64,000 nucleotides of DNA from the NCBI GenBank assembly GCA_049423385.1, contig JBMSQQ010000001.1:1-64000 (forward strand). The letters are read 5' to 3'. The position numbers and the translations under genes are program-made. Each line of letters starts with the position of its first letter. Positions within the stretch are counted from its first letter, which is position 1. Under the pieces are notes generated by a model, which saw nothing but the letters and a program-made list of their open reading frames with translations, ran no database searches and was not told the DNA's origin. Of the stretch, positions 40,797 to 50,359 are shown in pieces. Origin of the DNA: Silvanigrellaceae bacterium. Lineage in GTDB: Bacteria > Bdellovibrionota_B > Oligoflexia > Silvanigrellales > Silvanigrellaceae.

Positions 40797-41182
40797 TCGC
40801 CGCTTGTATCGCCCTTGATTCCGTTGGGCACGGGTCCCATCGAACCGCTCTTGCGTCTTTCCTCGATTCGCCTGAGCTTGTCGACCACACTCGGCTCGAG
40901 ATCGATTCCGCGCGCGTTGCAGTAATTCATCAGCGCAATGAAGACATCTGCTGCTTCATCGGCAATCGCCCGCGGCTCGATAGCGCAATTTGGATCTCGC
41001 CATAGTTTTTTCTCGAGATTCGCCAGTTCGCCACATTCACCCGCAAGTTCCAGGGCAAAAAAAGAAGCGCTCCGCTGCCCAAAGGCGCGGAGCTGATAGT
41101 CCATGAAAGACTGTTGAGTTTTTTTGAGACCCTCGACCCCTGGGGGGACGAGAGTCTCAATCATATTGGAGCCGGGTTTCAC
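40793..41182 (-). CDS. MazG-like nucleotide pyrophosphohydrolase
   Basis: ELAGECGELANLEKK...ADEAADV. Confidence 0.85.
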   Translation of the reverse strand: MKPGSNMIETLVPPGVEGLKKTQQSFMDYQLRAFGQRSASFFALELAGECGELANLEKKLWRDPNCAIEPRAIADEAADVFIALMNYCNARGIDLEPSVVDKLRRIEERRKSGSMGPVPNGIKGDTSGD

Positions 41183-42120
41183 AGAAAACCCTTGGTGATG
41201 TTCATCAGCTCGACGTTTGCAGCGACAGATTTCTTGAACGCTTCGCTTTCCGATGGGCTGAGTTCGAACTGGTAGATTTTCTCTACACCCTTGTTGGTCA
41301 GCTTGACCGGCACGCCAACAAAGCAGTCGGACACTCCGAATTCACCCTTGAGTTCCACAGAGCAGGGAAGCACACGGCCCTGGTTGCGAACGATTGCTTC
41401 AACCATGAGTGCAGTGCCCGAACCAGGCGCAAGCCAGGCAGAAGTGCCGATGAGTGCCGTGAGTTCCGCTCCACCTTTTTTGGTGCGCTCCACCACATCC
41501 GTCACTTGTTGTTCGTTGAGCATTTTTGTCAGTGGCACGCCGCCGACCATTGCAGTCGAGATGACTGGAACCATGTCCTTGTCGGTGTGGGCACCCAGAA
41601 CAATTGCATGCACATCTTCAACCGACGCACCGGTTGCAAGAGCAATGTTTGTGCGGAAGCGAGCCGAGTCGAGCGTTCCTGCAGAACCAATCACGCGCTC
41701 ACGAGGAAAGCCGGTGACTTGCTTGGCAACATAGACCATTGCATCGAGAGGATTCGAAACCACAATCAAAATCGAATTTGGAGCAAACTTTTTAACGTTC
41801 TGACAGATTTCCTTGACGATTCCGGCGTTGATGTTCACCAGTTCCTCGCGGCTCTGGCCAGGCTTGCGTGGAACACCCGCGGTCATGACGACAACGTCGG
41901 CATCCTGCATCAGCGCAGCATCGCTTCCGGCGGTGAAGGCGTTGTTGAATCCTTCGAATGGTCCACATTGCGTCAGGTCGAGTCCGCGACCCTTTGCAAC
42001 ATCACCCTTGAGGTCGATGAGAACGAGCTCACCCAACTCCTTGATGGCAGCCCAGTGCGCCACCGCTGCACCCACGTTTCCACCCGCACCCACAATTGCA
42101 ATCTTTGGACGTTTCACCAT
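41179..42120 (-). CDS. mdh: Malate dehydrogenase (LDH-like)
   Basis: GAGGNVG, TAGVPRKPGQSR, VSNPLDAM, LDSARF, RTKKGGAE. Confidence 0.92.
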   Translation of the reverse strand: MVKRPKIAIVGAGGNVGAAVAHWAAIKELGELVLIDLKGDVAKGRGLDLTQCGPFEGFNNAFTAGSDAALMQDADVVVMTAGVPRKPGQSREELVNINAGIVKEICQNVKKFAPNSILIVVSNPLDAMVYVAKQVTGFPRERVIGSAGTLDSARFRTNIALATGASVEDVHAIVLGAHTDKDMVPVISTAMVGGVPLTKMLNEQQVTDVVERTKKGGAELTALIGTSAWLAPGSGTALMVEAIVRNQGRVLPCSVELKGEFGVSDCFVGVPVKLTNKGVEKIYQFELSPSESEAFKKSVAANVELMNITKGFL

Positions 42121-42145
42121 GATCCAGGCTCCCTTGATTAGAAAA

Positions 42146-42895
42146 TTACGGTTTATCGGCAACAAACAATCGCGTGGCTCCCGAGAGCCACATCTGCTGT
42201 GACACGTTTATAAAACCAATATCTCCCAGCGTCTGGGCAAACGATTCAGCGCTCGGCATGGATCCCACCGACGCAGGCAAATATTGGTACGCATCACGAT
42301 CAGAAAGCAGACCTCCCACTTTGGGCAGCACATTTTTAAAGTAAAAATCGAACGCTTTTGCGAAGACTGTACTGTGGGGTTGGAAAAATTCCAAAACCAG
42401 CAAACGACCACCGGGCTTCAGCACTCGAAACATGTCTCTTAAAGCTTGCTCGCGGTTGTCCACGTTGCGCAATCCAAATGCGATTGTCACAGCGTGGGCA
42501 CTGTTGGTGTCGGCAGGAATAGCCTCGGCAGACGCCTGGGTGAACGAACAGCGCAGATTGCGCTTGCGAACCCATTTGCCAATGTCGGGTCGTCCCTCGC
42601 CTCGCCGCAACATTTCAAAGGAAATGTCATATCCGCGAATTTCCGCATAGTCCTGGCGCCGGCGCGCAACTTCCAACATCACGTCTCCGGTACCACAGGC
42701 AATGTCGTACAAAATTCCTTGCCTGTCGGTTTGAATCGGCAATTTGGCAACCAGTGCCTTTCGCCAGCGAACATCCTGACGCGCGCTCAACAAACGATTG
42801 AGCAGGTCGTATCGCTCGGCGATGCGATCAAACATCACTTGAACCCTTTGGGATTTTTCACTCAGTCGAAGCAAATCATTGGGCCTGTAGACCAC
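42146..42895 (-). CDS. ubiE: Menaquinone/ubiquinone methyltransferase UbiE/MenG
   Basis: MFDRIA..YDLLNRLLS, DIACGTGD, IAFGLRNV, RVLKPGG, AYQYLP.S; GTG start with GAGAGG RBS. Confidence 0.9.
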   Translation of the reverse strand: MVYRPNDLLRLSEKSQRVQVMFDRIAERYDLLNRLLSARQDVRWRKALVAKLPIQTDRQGILYDIACGTGDVMLEVARRRQDYAEIRGYDISFEMLRRGEGRPDIGKWVRKRNLRCSFTQASAEAIPADTNSAHAVTIAFGLRNVDNREQALRDMFRVLKPGGRLLVLEFFQPHSTVFAKAFDFYFKNVLPKVGGLLSDRDAYQYLPASVGSMPSAESFAQTLGDIGFINVSQQMWLSGATRLFVADKP

Positions 42896-42974
42896 GGAAG
42901 TCCTCTCATGCAATCGCAGCGCAAATGCAGCGCGAAATTGCCTTTTGTTTACGTCCCGCAGCGAGAAATGGCAA

Positions 42975-43616
42975 CTAAACGCCAGCCAGGATTCGCCGTA
43001 TATGGCTGCTGTCGACGCAGCGAAGCACGGTGCCCTCGGGTGGGAGCGGTGTCCGTCCTGCTGGCCAGAGGAAAGCCTGACCCGTCTGCATGGAAACGCC
43101 AAAATCAGATTGCTTTACAATGCGGCGATTCCAGGTGCTCAGCAAATCGCGAAACAATCGTCCCGCCTCGCCGGACGGAACAACCCCCGAACCAACTTCA
43201 GCCGAAATCAAGACAACACTGCACTTCAAGTCATTGAGTGAAGCAAGCAGCTGAGTGAATTCCATGTCCAGATGAACTTTCAGTTGACTCGTGGTGTAGA
43301 GCGACATGCCCCGGTGAATTTGGGCTGCCAACCAAAGATTCAAAGAGTCCATCACGAACACCTGGGGTGAACCTGCAGATTCCCTTCCGATGCTCGCCTG
43401 TCCTGGCCAGGCCCATGGGCCATCAAACAACAGCCAGCCGGGGTTTCGATTGCTTTTGAGACTTGCCAAGCGTTCCTGCCAATCCAAGTCCGTGGACTGC
43501 TCAGTTGCCGTTCCCCACCATTCCACGTCCTTGAAGGATTCACAGGCATCAGTGACAAAATCGCTTTTGCCGCTCTTGGCACCGCCTGAAACAAAAATCC
43601 ATTTGTCCATGCTCAT
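42975..43616 (-). CDS. CobU/CobP-like cobinamide kinase/guanylyltransferase (divergent)
   Basis: GGAKSGKS P-loop, DSLNLW, EVGSGVVP...RLFRDLL..N. Confidence 0.78.
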   Translation of the reverse strand: MSMDKWIFVSGGAKSGKSDFVTDACESFKDVEWWGTATEQSTDLDWQERLASLKSNRNPGWLLFDGPWAWPGQASIGRESAGSPQVFVMDSLNLWLAAQIHRGMSLYTTSQLKVHLDMEFTQLLASLNDLKCSVVLISAEVGSGVVPSGEAGRLFRDLLSTWNRRIVKQSDFGVSMQTGQAFLWPAGRTPLPPEGTVLRCVDSSHIRRILAGV

Positions 43617-44689
43617 GGCCTCTTTCGCTCGGTGAATTTCATGATGACGTCGATGAGTGCTGCGATTTTTTCGGCTGACACAATTTCAAGATTGTCGGCG
43701 GGAGTGTGCCATTCCTGAAGATTCGTCCAGTCGATGACGTGGACAAATGGAATCCCAAGGCGCTTGAAGGGAATGTGATCATCCTCGACTGCCAAAGGTA
43801 CTTTCTTCATTTGAATTCCACCACGCAGGGCGATCAATTGCTCGGCAATCAGTGACTCACTGCCCTCCGTGATAAACAGATTCTGGTTTTTATGACCCAC
43901 CATGTCGAGGTTCAAGAAAAGCTTGATTGGCTTTTTTTTCCATCCAACGCTCTGGCCACTGCGCGGCAAGCGATTGACGAATTCGCGTGAACCGTAGAGG
44001 TTGTCGCGTATCCCGAAAAGACGATCACCATCTGTCCACTCGGGCAACAAGGACTCTTCTCCATCGAAAAAAGCCATCACCAGATCGCACTCGAACCAAA
44101 CTCCACCTGGCTTTTGCCGCGACGAAAGTGCGTGTGCCGGATGGGTCCACAACCGCGCCAACTCAAGCATCAGAGCTGTGGATGAGCCACCATCGTTGGC
44201 ACCCACGAAACGAGTGCCTTCAGGAAAATATTTGCTGTCATAGTGGCCACCAATGATGAATGCACAATCATCTACGCCGGGTCGCCACGCAACAACGTTG
44301 CGACCTGTCCGGGAAACCAGAGTTTTTTCCTTCCCAACCAACGGAGGCGTCTTGACTGTGAAGCGTTGCTCCTCGGTTTTCCAACCCCAGGAAGCGAGCA
44401 ATTTCATCATCCACCTCGACAAGCGCGCCTGCTCCGGACTCCCCATCGGATGCGGTGCCTGGGTGATGACCCGCAAAGACTTTTCGATGTTGGAAATATT
44501 TGGAGCAGACGCCTGCCGGACAAATTGACCTGCGCCCGGATAACCGATGGCGTCAATTGATCCCGCAGCCAGAATTGTATGCCGCGACGTAAGATGGTCG
44601 AATAGCACACACGCCACGGAAACCATCAAAAGCGGCATCAATTGTTTGGCCCATGTCCGCTTGGCAGGGCGCAAGTTTGTGGGTATCAC
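43613..44689 (-). CDS. M28 family peptidase (glutaminyl cyclase-like)
   Basis: GHYDSK, GANDGGSS, FFDGEE, LYGS, LDMVG, EDDHIPF, WHT. Confidence 0.88.
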   Translation of the reverse strand: MIPTNLRPAKRTWAKQLMPLLMVSVACVLFDHLTSRHTILAAGSIDAIGYPGAGQFVRQASAPNISNIEKSLRVITQAPHPMGSPEQARLSRWMMKLLASWGWKTEEQRFTVKTPPLVGKEKTLVSRTGRNVVAWRPGVDDCAFIIGGHYDSKYFPEGTRFVGANDGGSSTALMLELARLWTHPAHALSSRQKPGGVWFECDLVMAFFDGEESLLPEWTDGDRLFGIRDNLYGSREFVNRLPRSGQSVGWKKKPIKLFLNLDMVGHKNQNLFITEGSESLIAEQLIALRGGIQMKKVPLAVEDDHIPFKRLGIPFVHVIDWTNLQEWHTPADNLEIVSAEKIAALIDVIMKFTERKRP

Positions 44690-44720
44690 ACGGCCACCTT
44701 TATCAGTCGGGAGCAGACAT

Positions 44721-45506
44721 ATGAGGATCCTATTGTGTAACGACGATGGCTATCAGGCAATGGGCATCCAAACATTGGCAGCCACTTTGCGCGACGCCGG
44801 ACACACAGTCACCATTGTTGCGCCCCATGAAGAGCGCAGTGGACAATCACATGCCATGACATTTTTTCGTCCGGTGCTGGTCCGCAAGGTGGACACCCAG
44901 ACGTACGCGGTTTTTGGCACTCCTGCCGATTGCGCTTTTTTGGCTCTGCACGACATTTTCAAAAACGAAAAATTCGACATGGTGATCTCCGGAATCAATC
45001 ACGGACTCAATGTGGGTTGGGATGTGAATTACAGCGGCACAGTGGGAGCTGCCACGGAAGCCGCTTCATTGGGTTACAAAGCCATCGCCATTTCGGTGGA
45101 CCTTGAGGGCTGCACGACGCCTGATCTGATGAAGAAGGCCTTTCAGAATGCCGCCAATCTGGTTCAGTGGGTCATCGAACGCAGTGCCAACATTCACTGG
45201 CCAAAAATGGAAGTGCTCAACCTGAATCATCCAGGTCTGCAGGTCAAAGGATTCAAAACTGCTGCATGTGGCTCACTCAGTGTCTACGTTCCAACCGCTC
45301 ATAAAATGACGACTGAGGAACTGAGTCAATACGGCACAACCGTGTACATGATAGGCGGACAAGCCCGTCGAAATTCACCGCGCAATGACGAGGACGTCAA
45401 CCTGATTCAAGCAGGCTATGCCACTGCAAGCTTTCTTGAGGTCAGACAGGCCAGCACAACAAACACCGCCAGCCTCAACACTTTGGCGGAGTCCTGGAAA
45501 CTGTAA
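44721..45506 (+). CDS. surE: 5'/3'-nucleotidase SurE
   Basis: MRILLCNDDG, GTPADC, SGINHGLN.G..VNYSGTVGAA. Confidence 0.95.
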   Translation: MRILLCNDDGYQAMGIQTLAATLRDAGHTVTIVAPHEERSGQSHAMTFFRPVLVRKVDTQTYAVFGTPADCAFLALHDIFKNEKFDMVISGINHGLNVGWDVNYSGTVGAATEAASLGYKAIAISVDLEGCTTPDLMKKAFQNAANLVQWVIERSANIHWPKMEVLNLNHPGLQVKGFKTAACGSLSVYVPTAHKMTTEELSQYGTTVYMIGGQARRNSPRNDEDVNLIQAGYATASFLEVRQASTTNTASLNTLAESWKL

Positions 45507-45511
45507 AGAGT

Positions 45512-46630
45512 ATGTCTTCGAACGATGGAGCATTGGAGTCGAATCAATCATGGGCGCAGCAACTGCGTCGGGGCCTCGTGACGCTCGAGCAATTGGAAGA
45601 GCGGGGCTGGCTTGATTCTTTTGCAAACAACGACGACCTTCAGATTGCAAAATCCGCCCTGGACATACGTGTCCCTGTCGTTTTTCATGATGAGATCAGC
45701 AAGGGCGATTTGAGTCTCATCAATCAATTTATTCCCTCTGCGCGTGAAGCGAGGATTGCTCCCGAAGAATTGGGCGACCCGATTGGTGATGAAACATTCT
45801 CACCCGTGGCGGGCCTCACTCATCGATATCCCGATCGTGTCCTCGTCAAAATCACCTACCAATGCGCCGTCTATTGCCGCTTCTGCTTTCGTCGTCACAA
45901 GGTTTCGCACAGCGAAGAAAACCTCAGTTACGATGCGCTGGATGCAGCATACAGATACGTTGAAGTGCATCCGGAAATCAAAGAAGTGATCTTCACTGGC
46001 GGTGATCCGCTTGTCCTGACGGACAAGAGATTGCAGCAGCATTTGGAACGTGTCGAGCGCATCCCGCACGTGGAATCCATTCGATTTCACACCCGGGTTC
46101 CGGTTGTCCTGCCTGAACGAATCACGCCAGAATTGTGCGAAATGTTCAGCGGACTGAAAAAGCTTCCATGGGTGGTGATCCATATCAACAGTGCGTCTGA
46201 ATTGACTGATTCTGCCCGGGCAGCCATAACGCGCCTGCGCCGCGCCGGAATACCCATGGCATCCCAATCTGTTCTGCTCAATGGGGTCAATGATTCGACA
46301 GAGAAGCTCGAAATCCTTTTTCGCTCGTTGTTCCGGATTGGAATCAAGCCCTACTATCTGCACTACCCGGACCTTGCGAAGGGAACGGGCCATTTTCGCA
46401 TGCCTCTGAGCCATGCCCTCAAGACAATGGCGGCCCTCCAGGGGAAGCTCCCGGGCCTTGCCATCCCTCAACTGACGGTCGACATCCCCGGAGGGCACGG
46501 AAAAATCGCAGTCAGTTCGGATTCTTGTGTTCCAAAGGCAACTGGCAGCCAAAACTCCGGCGAAATCTGGAACATGAAGAGCCCCATCACCGGGGAATGG
46601 GTCAAAGTTCAATATCCCCATTGCCCCTAA
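45512..46630 (+). CDS. Lysine 2,3-aminomutase (KamA/EpmB family) radical SAM enzyme
   Basis: HRYPDRV, CAVYCRFCFRR, TGGDPL, QSVLL.GVND, PYYLH, PGGHGK. Confidence 0.92.
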   Translation: MSSNDGALESNQSWAQQLRRGLVTLEQLEERGWLDSFANNDDLQIAKSALDIRVPVVFHDEISKGDLSLINQFIPSAREARIAPEELGDPIGDETFSPVAGLTHRYPDRVLVKITYQCAVYCRFCFRRHKVSHSEENLSYDALDAAYRYVEVHPEIKEVIFTGGDPLVLTDKRLQQHLERVERIPHVESIRFHTRVPVVLPERITPELCEMFSGLKKLPWVVIHINSASELTDSARAAITRLRRAGIPMASQSVLLNGVNDSTEKLEILFRSLFRIGIKPYYLHYPDLAKGTGHFRMPLSHALKTMAALQGKLPGLAIPQLTVDIPGGHGKIAVSSDSCVPKATGSQNSGEIWNMKSPITGEWVKVQYPHCP

Positions 46631-46638
46631 GAAACTCC

Positions 46639-46665
46639 TAAAGTTCAAATTCAGCCTGCCGAATC
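46639..46665 (+). promoter_or_regulatory. Sigma28-like promoter before the pilin gene
   Basis: TAAA-N15-GCCGAATC. Confidence 0.55.
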
Positions 46666-46713
46666 ATCCCATGAGGGTTTGGTACACAGATATTCTGTGG
46701 GGAGGCAGGACAC

Positions 46714-47277
46714 ATGAACTCACTCAACTTGAAAAGACCGGCGAAGGTGGCCCTCAGTGGCACGGCCGGGACGATGGCAGGTTTTACGCTCGTCGAACTG
46801 ATGGTGGTTGTGGCCATTATCGGAATTCTCGCGGCAGTGGCTGGTCCTCGTGTTCAGGCTTTCCGCGCGCGCGGCGTTCAATCCGAAGCCAAGGCCAATC
46901 TGAACAGCATTTACCTGGCTCAATCGGCCTACCAGGACGCCAAGGACCAATTTTTCGAAGCGGGGGCAAATGGTGCCAAAGGCGCTGTTGTCAAATGCAG
47001 CGGAGTTGTAGGAGCCGACTGCGGCACTGACTTCGCCTTCAGGCAGTTGCCAGGCTCGAAGTATGATTATCAGGTGATTGGAAGCAGTGGTTCGTGGGCT
47101 GCGCTTGCCGTCAGCAAACAACAAATATTGAACGCCAAGACCGATGTCTGGAGAATCAACGCGAGCAAAACGTTGTGCTCACCGCAAGATGCCGTCACCA
47201 AAAAAGACGCTACGGCCAACAATTGCGCGAACCAGACTGCAACCGTTGACATCGTGACGGGCGACGAAGCGATGTGA
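46714..47277 (+). CDS. Type IV pilin (prepilin N-methylation motif)
   Basis: G|FTLVELMVVVAIIGILAAVA; QSEAKANL..IY.AQ.AY; four Cys. Confidence 0.92.
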   Translation: MNSLNLKRPAKVALSGTAGTMAGFTLVELMVVVAIIGILAAVAGPRVQAFRARGVQSEAKANLNSIYLAQSAYQDAKDQFFEAGANGAKGAVVKCSGVVGADCGTDFAFRQLPGSKYDYQVIGSSGSWAALAVSKQQILNAKTDVWRINASKTLCSPQDAVTKKDATANNCANQTATVDIVTGDEAM

Positions 47278-47319
47278 CCCTCACCGAAGTTGAATTACTT
47301 TACGCTTTTCTTGCCCACC

Positions 47320-47354
47320 GCACCGGACTGTGCTACGAGCCACAGCTCCGGTGC
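47320..47354 (+). terminator. Hairpin after the pilin gene
   Basis: GCACCGGA.TGTG...CACA..TCCGGTGC stem followed by a T-rich stretch. Confidence 0.5.
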
Positions 47355-47445
47355 TGGTGTTTTGGGCTTTTGACGCTTGAACTCTAGCAGTTTTCCTAGG
47401 AATATTGGTTTTTTATCTTTGCAAAGATTGTTTTAGGAGGTTCCT

Positions 47446-47556
47446 GTGCACGGTTCACGCCATAGAAGAAAGCATCCCAAGGGTCGTCGTAAGGTCGGTC
47501 GCAAGAAGCGTCGTCTTCTCCGCCGTCGTCGCGCTGCGAGAACTGGTGGCAAGTAA
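47446..47556 (+). CDS. Small Arg/Lys-rich protein (36 aa), not in the ORF track
   Basis: TAGGAGG RBS then GTG; MHGSRHRRKHPKGRRKVGRKKRRLLRRRRAARTGGK*; own terminator downstream. Confidence 0.75.
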   Translation: MHGSRHRRKHPKGRRKVGRKKRRLLRRRRAARTGGK

Positions 47557-47615
47557 GCCCTGAATCACCTCTGATGTTTGGCTCACGCCAGGCAAGTCGG
47601 AGGCGATTCAAAACC

Positions 47616-47651
47616 AAAAAAAGGTCCGGGAGACGTCCCGGGCCTTTTTTT
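47616..47651 (+). terminator. Intrinsic terminator
   Basis: AAAAAAAGGTCCGGGA-GACG-TCCCGGGCCTTTTTTT. Confidence 0.85.
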
Positions 47652-47829
47652 CGTGCCCTGCTCCGGCAAGTACTATTTTCAGCGACCTGTACTTCTTTTT
47701 CGCCTCCCCGCCTGCTGCACAATTGGTTGGCATTCCTCCTCAGTTATACACAAGTTATCCACATGGCCAGTCATCCAAGAAACTCATGTGCCCGTTGCTG
47801 TAGAATTTGGCCGTGAATGTTTTATGCAC

Positions 47830-47864
47830 AAAAAAAATCCCGAAGCATGGAATGCTTCGGGATT
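47830..47864 (-). terminator. Terminator of rplM-rpsI
   Basis: AATCCCGAAGCAT-N-ATGCTTCGGGATT stem with an A-run on the plus strand. Confidence 0.85.
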
Positions 47865-47942
47865 GTCCAATTTCGTGACCAAAGAACCGCACAAAGACAA
47901 GGCAGCCCAATCCGGACGATGCCACCTTTTGCGGAAATTTGA

Positions 47943-48335
47943 TTAACGCTTCGAGAACTGGAAGCGAGCGCGGGCGGAACGCAAACCGTAGAGTTTACGC
48001 TCTTTGCTGCGTGGGTCACGAGTGACAAAGCCAGCAGCTTTGAGAGTCGGACGCAACTCAGCGTTGTAAGCCATGAGCGCTCGGGTCAAACCATGACGAA
48101 TCGCTCCCGCTTGACCAGACAAACCACCGCCAATCACGTTGACGTTGATGTCGATCTTGCCGTTGAGAGCAACCAACTTGAGCGCTTGCTCAACAACCAT
48201 GCGCGAGGTTGGACGCTTGAAGTAGTCCTCGAGGGTGCGGGAATTGACCGTGATCTTTCCCTTGCCTTCCTTGATGTAAACGCGGGCGATTGCGGTTTTA
48301 CGCTTGCCGAGACCTGTGAAGTATTTGATGGCCAT
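47943..48335 (-). CDS. rpsI: 30S ribosomal protein S9
   Basis: [10 protein letters not shown]...[14 protein letters not shown]...QFSKR. Confidence 0.99.
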   Translation of the reverse strand: MAIKYFTGLGKRKTAIARVYIKEGKGKITVNSRTLEDYFKRPTSRMVVEQALKLVALNGKIDINVNVIGGGLSGQAGAIRHGLTRALMAYNAELRPTLKAAGFVTRDPRSKERKLYGLRSARARFQFSKR

Positions 48336-48378
48336 TTTTGAAGCCTTCCTTTTCTAATCCGTTTGAAAACCGTTCGAA

Positions 48379-48819
48379 TCAAGCCTTGGTGCGTGCAGGA
48401 AGCGGTTCAGGCTTCTGAGCAGCATGGGGATGTTCGGTTCCGTTGTACACCTTCAGATTTCTGAACAATTCGCGGCCCAGAACGTTGTGGGGCAACATTC
48501 CCTTGACCGCCAATTCAATGAGGCGCTCGGGATGCTTTGCACGAATGTCGGCAGCGGTGAACGACTTGAGTCCACCAAAGTAACCGCTGTGGCGGTAGTA
48601 CATCTTGGTGTTTTCCTTTGTTCCGGCCAAACGGATTTTTTCGGCGTTGATCACGATGATGTTGTCACCGGTATCGATATGGGGCGTGAAGATGGCTTTG
48701 TGCTTTCCACGCAGAACGTATGCAATTTGCGTCGCAAGACGGCCAAGAGTCTGGCCATCGGCGTCAACGATGAACCACTTCTTCTGAACATCGGATGGTT
48801 TGGCGCTGTATGTTTTCAT
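48379..48819 (-). CDS. rplM: 50S ribosomal protein L13
   Basis: MKTYSAK...LGRLA...RGKHK..FTPH.DTGD...HPHAAQ. Confidence 0.99.
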   Translation of the reverse strand: MKTYSAKPSDVQKKWFIVDADGQTLGRLATQIAYVLRGKHKAIFTPHIDTGDNIIVINAEKIRLAGTKENTKMYYRHSGYFGGLKSFTAADIRAKHPERLIELAVKGMLPHNVLGRELFRNLKVYNGTEHPHAAQKPEPLPARTKA

Positions 48820-49150
48820 TTCCTGAACTCCACGTGATTTTCAACATCGAAAACCACACTGTTACTGATCCGACTGCACGTATTTTTCGATCATCCGGAA
48901 ACCTGAAACTGCAGGGCGTTATCTCAACGCAAAGTTCCTGATTCGGACACATCGGCCATCACGAGCCAACGGATGTCATCTTCATGCGAGTCCAAAACGT
49001 TCGCCGTCGGGACAAACCGTGGATAGTTTGTTTTTCCGCCGACTTAACGCGTGCCAGCCATCTGACACACACGCAAAAGACAACCACTGCGACCCCAGCC
49101 AAGCCGGGCATAATGAACGCAGGACGCCCCTTATAGTGAGAGGACGAGCT

Positions 49151-50359
49151 GTGGTCAACCTTGATTTGCTATCTAAAAACGCAGCGGCTTTGCTCCCTGT
49201 CAGTGGAGTGGTCGACACCGTTGTGATCCGCCTCGGTCGTTTGCTGGCAAACCGCCTGCTGGAATGCGGCAACCCCTCGGCATCAGAGCTGATTGTCTAT
49301 GAATCCGAGGACACACCTTCGCACGATGAGTGCGACTTGTACCTGAGTCATTTTGATTGTCATTTGGTCAACAATCTTAGAAATTTGGCAGCCCTGACAG
49401 CACTCCAGTCCAAATACGAAGTCATGGAAGACAGACTGCTGGGTCTGCTCGCCCAGCGGGCCCGCCGCGAACTCAACACCATAAATGAAGACCCACCACT
49501 GGCCACCCGTCTGGCTCAGGAAATAGAGGCCCTCCTGGCGATCTCTCCCGCCCGTGGAGCAAACGCCCGTGAAGCTGCCGAATTTGGCGGGGGGTTCCTG
49601 GCGAGTTTGACCCAACGATGTCAGGAACTCATGCAAAAACCCAATCTCGATTGGACGGATCTCATCAAAGCGGACAAACCGCTGCCTGCGGAAGCGCTGT
49701 TGCGTTGGGCAAGTCGTCTTGCGCATGCCGTTGCAACGGCGGGAAGCATCATGCACAGGCTGGAAAATTTCTTTGGCAAAGATCCCATCGACGACGCGGG
49801 ACGCAAGGGAGTCCACAATTACAGACAAATCATGAAACAAAAACACCGTCCGCTGCACCGCGCCGTGACGCAGGGATTATCCTCTCATCGACCACAAACC
49901 CGTCGATGGGAAGACGAATCGGCGCAACTCATGACCGAGCGAAACTTTCATGCCTTCGCGGTTTGTGTCGACCAGGTTGTTGCACAGCTGTCAGCCCGGC
50001 TCGAGGTGTGGAGCAAAAATGAAATCCAAAGAAGCTCAAATCCAAAACCCAGGCTGATTGAAGTTGAAAACTTCTTTTACGTCGACAGCATGAGACGCAC
50101 TCTCCATCAGCTCGGGGAAGGCCTTGAAGATGCCACCATGTGCGCTGAAAAACTGCTCGAGTATTGTCATGAAAGCAATGTTGCGGCGGCTGAGTTGATT
50201 GATGACGAAATTTGGTCGCTGTATCCGCGAATCAATCGCGAGACCTTGAAGCAAGCCCGCCTGAAGGTGCGCCACTCCGATGATCATTTTCCTTTGAGTG
50301 TTGCTCACAGGGAGTGGATCACTCGGCTGTCTGAACAGGCTCTTGTGGCGAAGGCTTGA
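49151..50359 (+). CDS. Helical protein, weak argininosuccinate lyase C-terminal resemblance
   Basis: AEKLLEYCHE...ELIDDEI..LYPRI resembles the ArgH C-domain; no SSxMPxKxN signature; start uncertain. Confidence 0.4.
   Translation: MVNLDLLSKNAAALLPVSGVVDTVVIRLGRLLANRLLECGNPSASELIVYESEDTPSHDECDLYLSHFDCHLVNNLRNLAALTALQSKYEVMEDRLLGLLAQRARRELNTINEDPPLATRLAQEIEALLAISPARGANAREAAEFGGGFLASLTQRCQELMQKPNLDWTDLIKADKPLPAEALLRWASRLAHAVATAGSIMHRLENFFGKDPIDDAGRKGVHNYRQIMKQKHRPLHRAVTQGLSSHRPQTRRWEDESAQLMTERNFHAFAVCVDQVVAQLSARLEVWSKNEIQRSSNPKPRLIEVENFFYVDSMRRTLHQLGEGLEDATMCAEKLLEYCHESNVAAAELIDDEIWSLYPRINRETLKQARLKVRHSDDHFPLSVAHREWITRLSEQALVAKA

Noticed and set aside
45512..47277. KamA-family enzyme as a pilin-modifying system
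   Set aside because: The pilin has its own promoter-like motif and the KamA gene is coupled to surE; adjacency alone is insufficient
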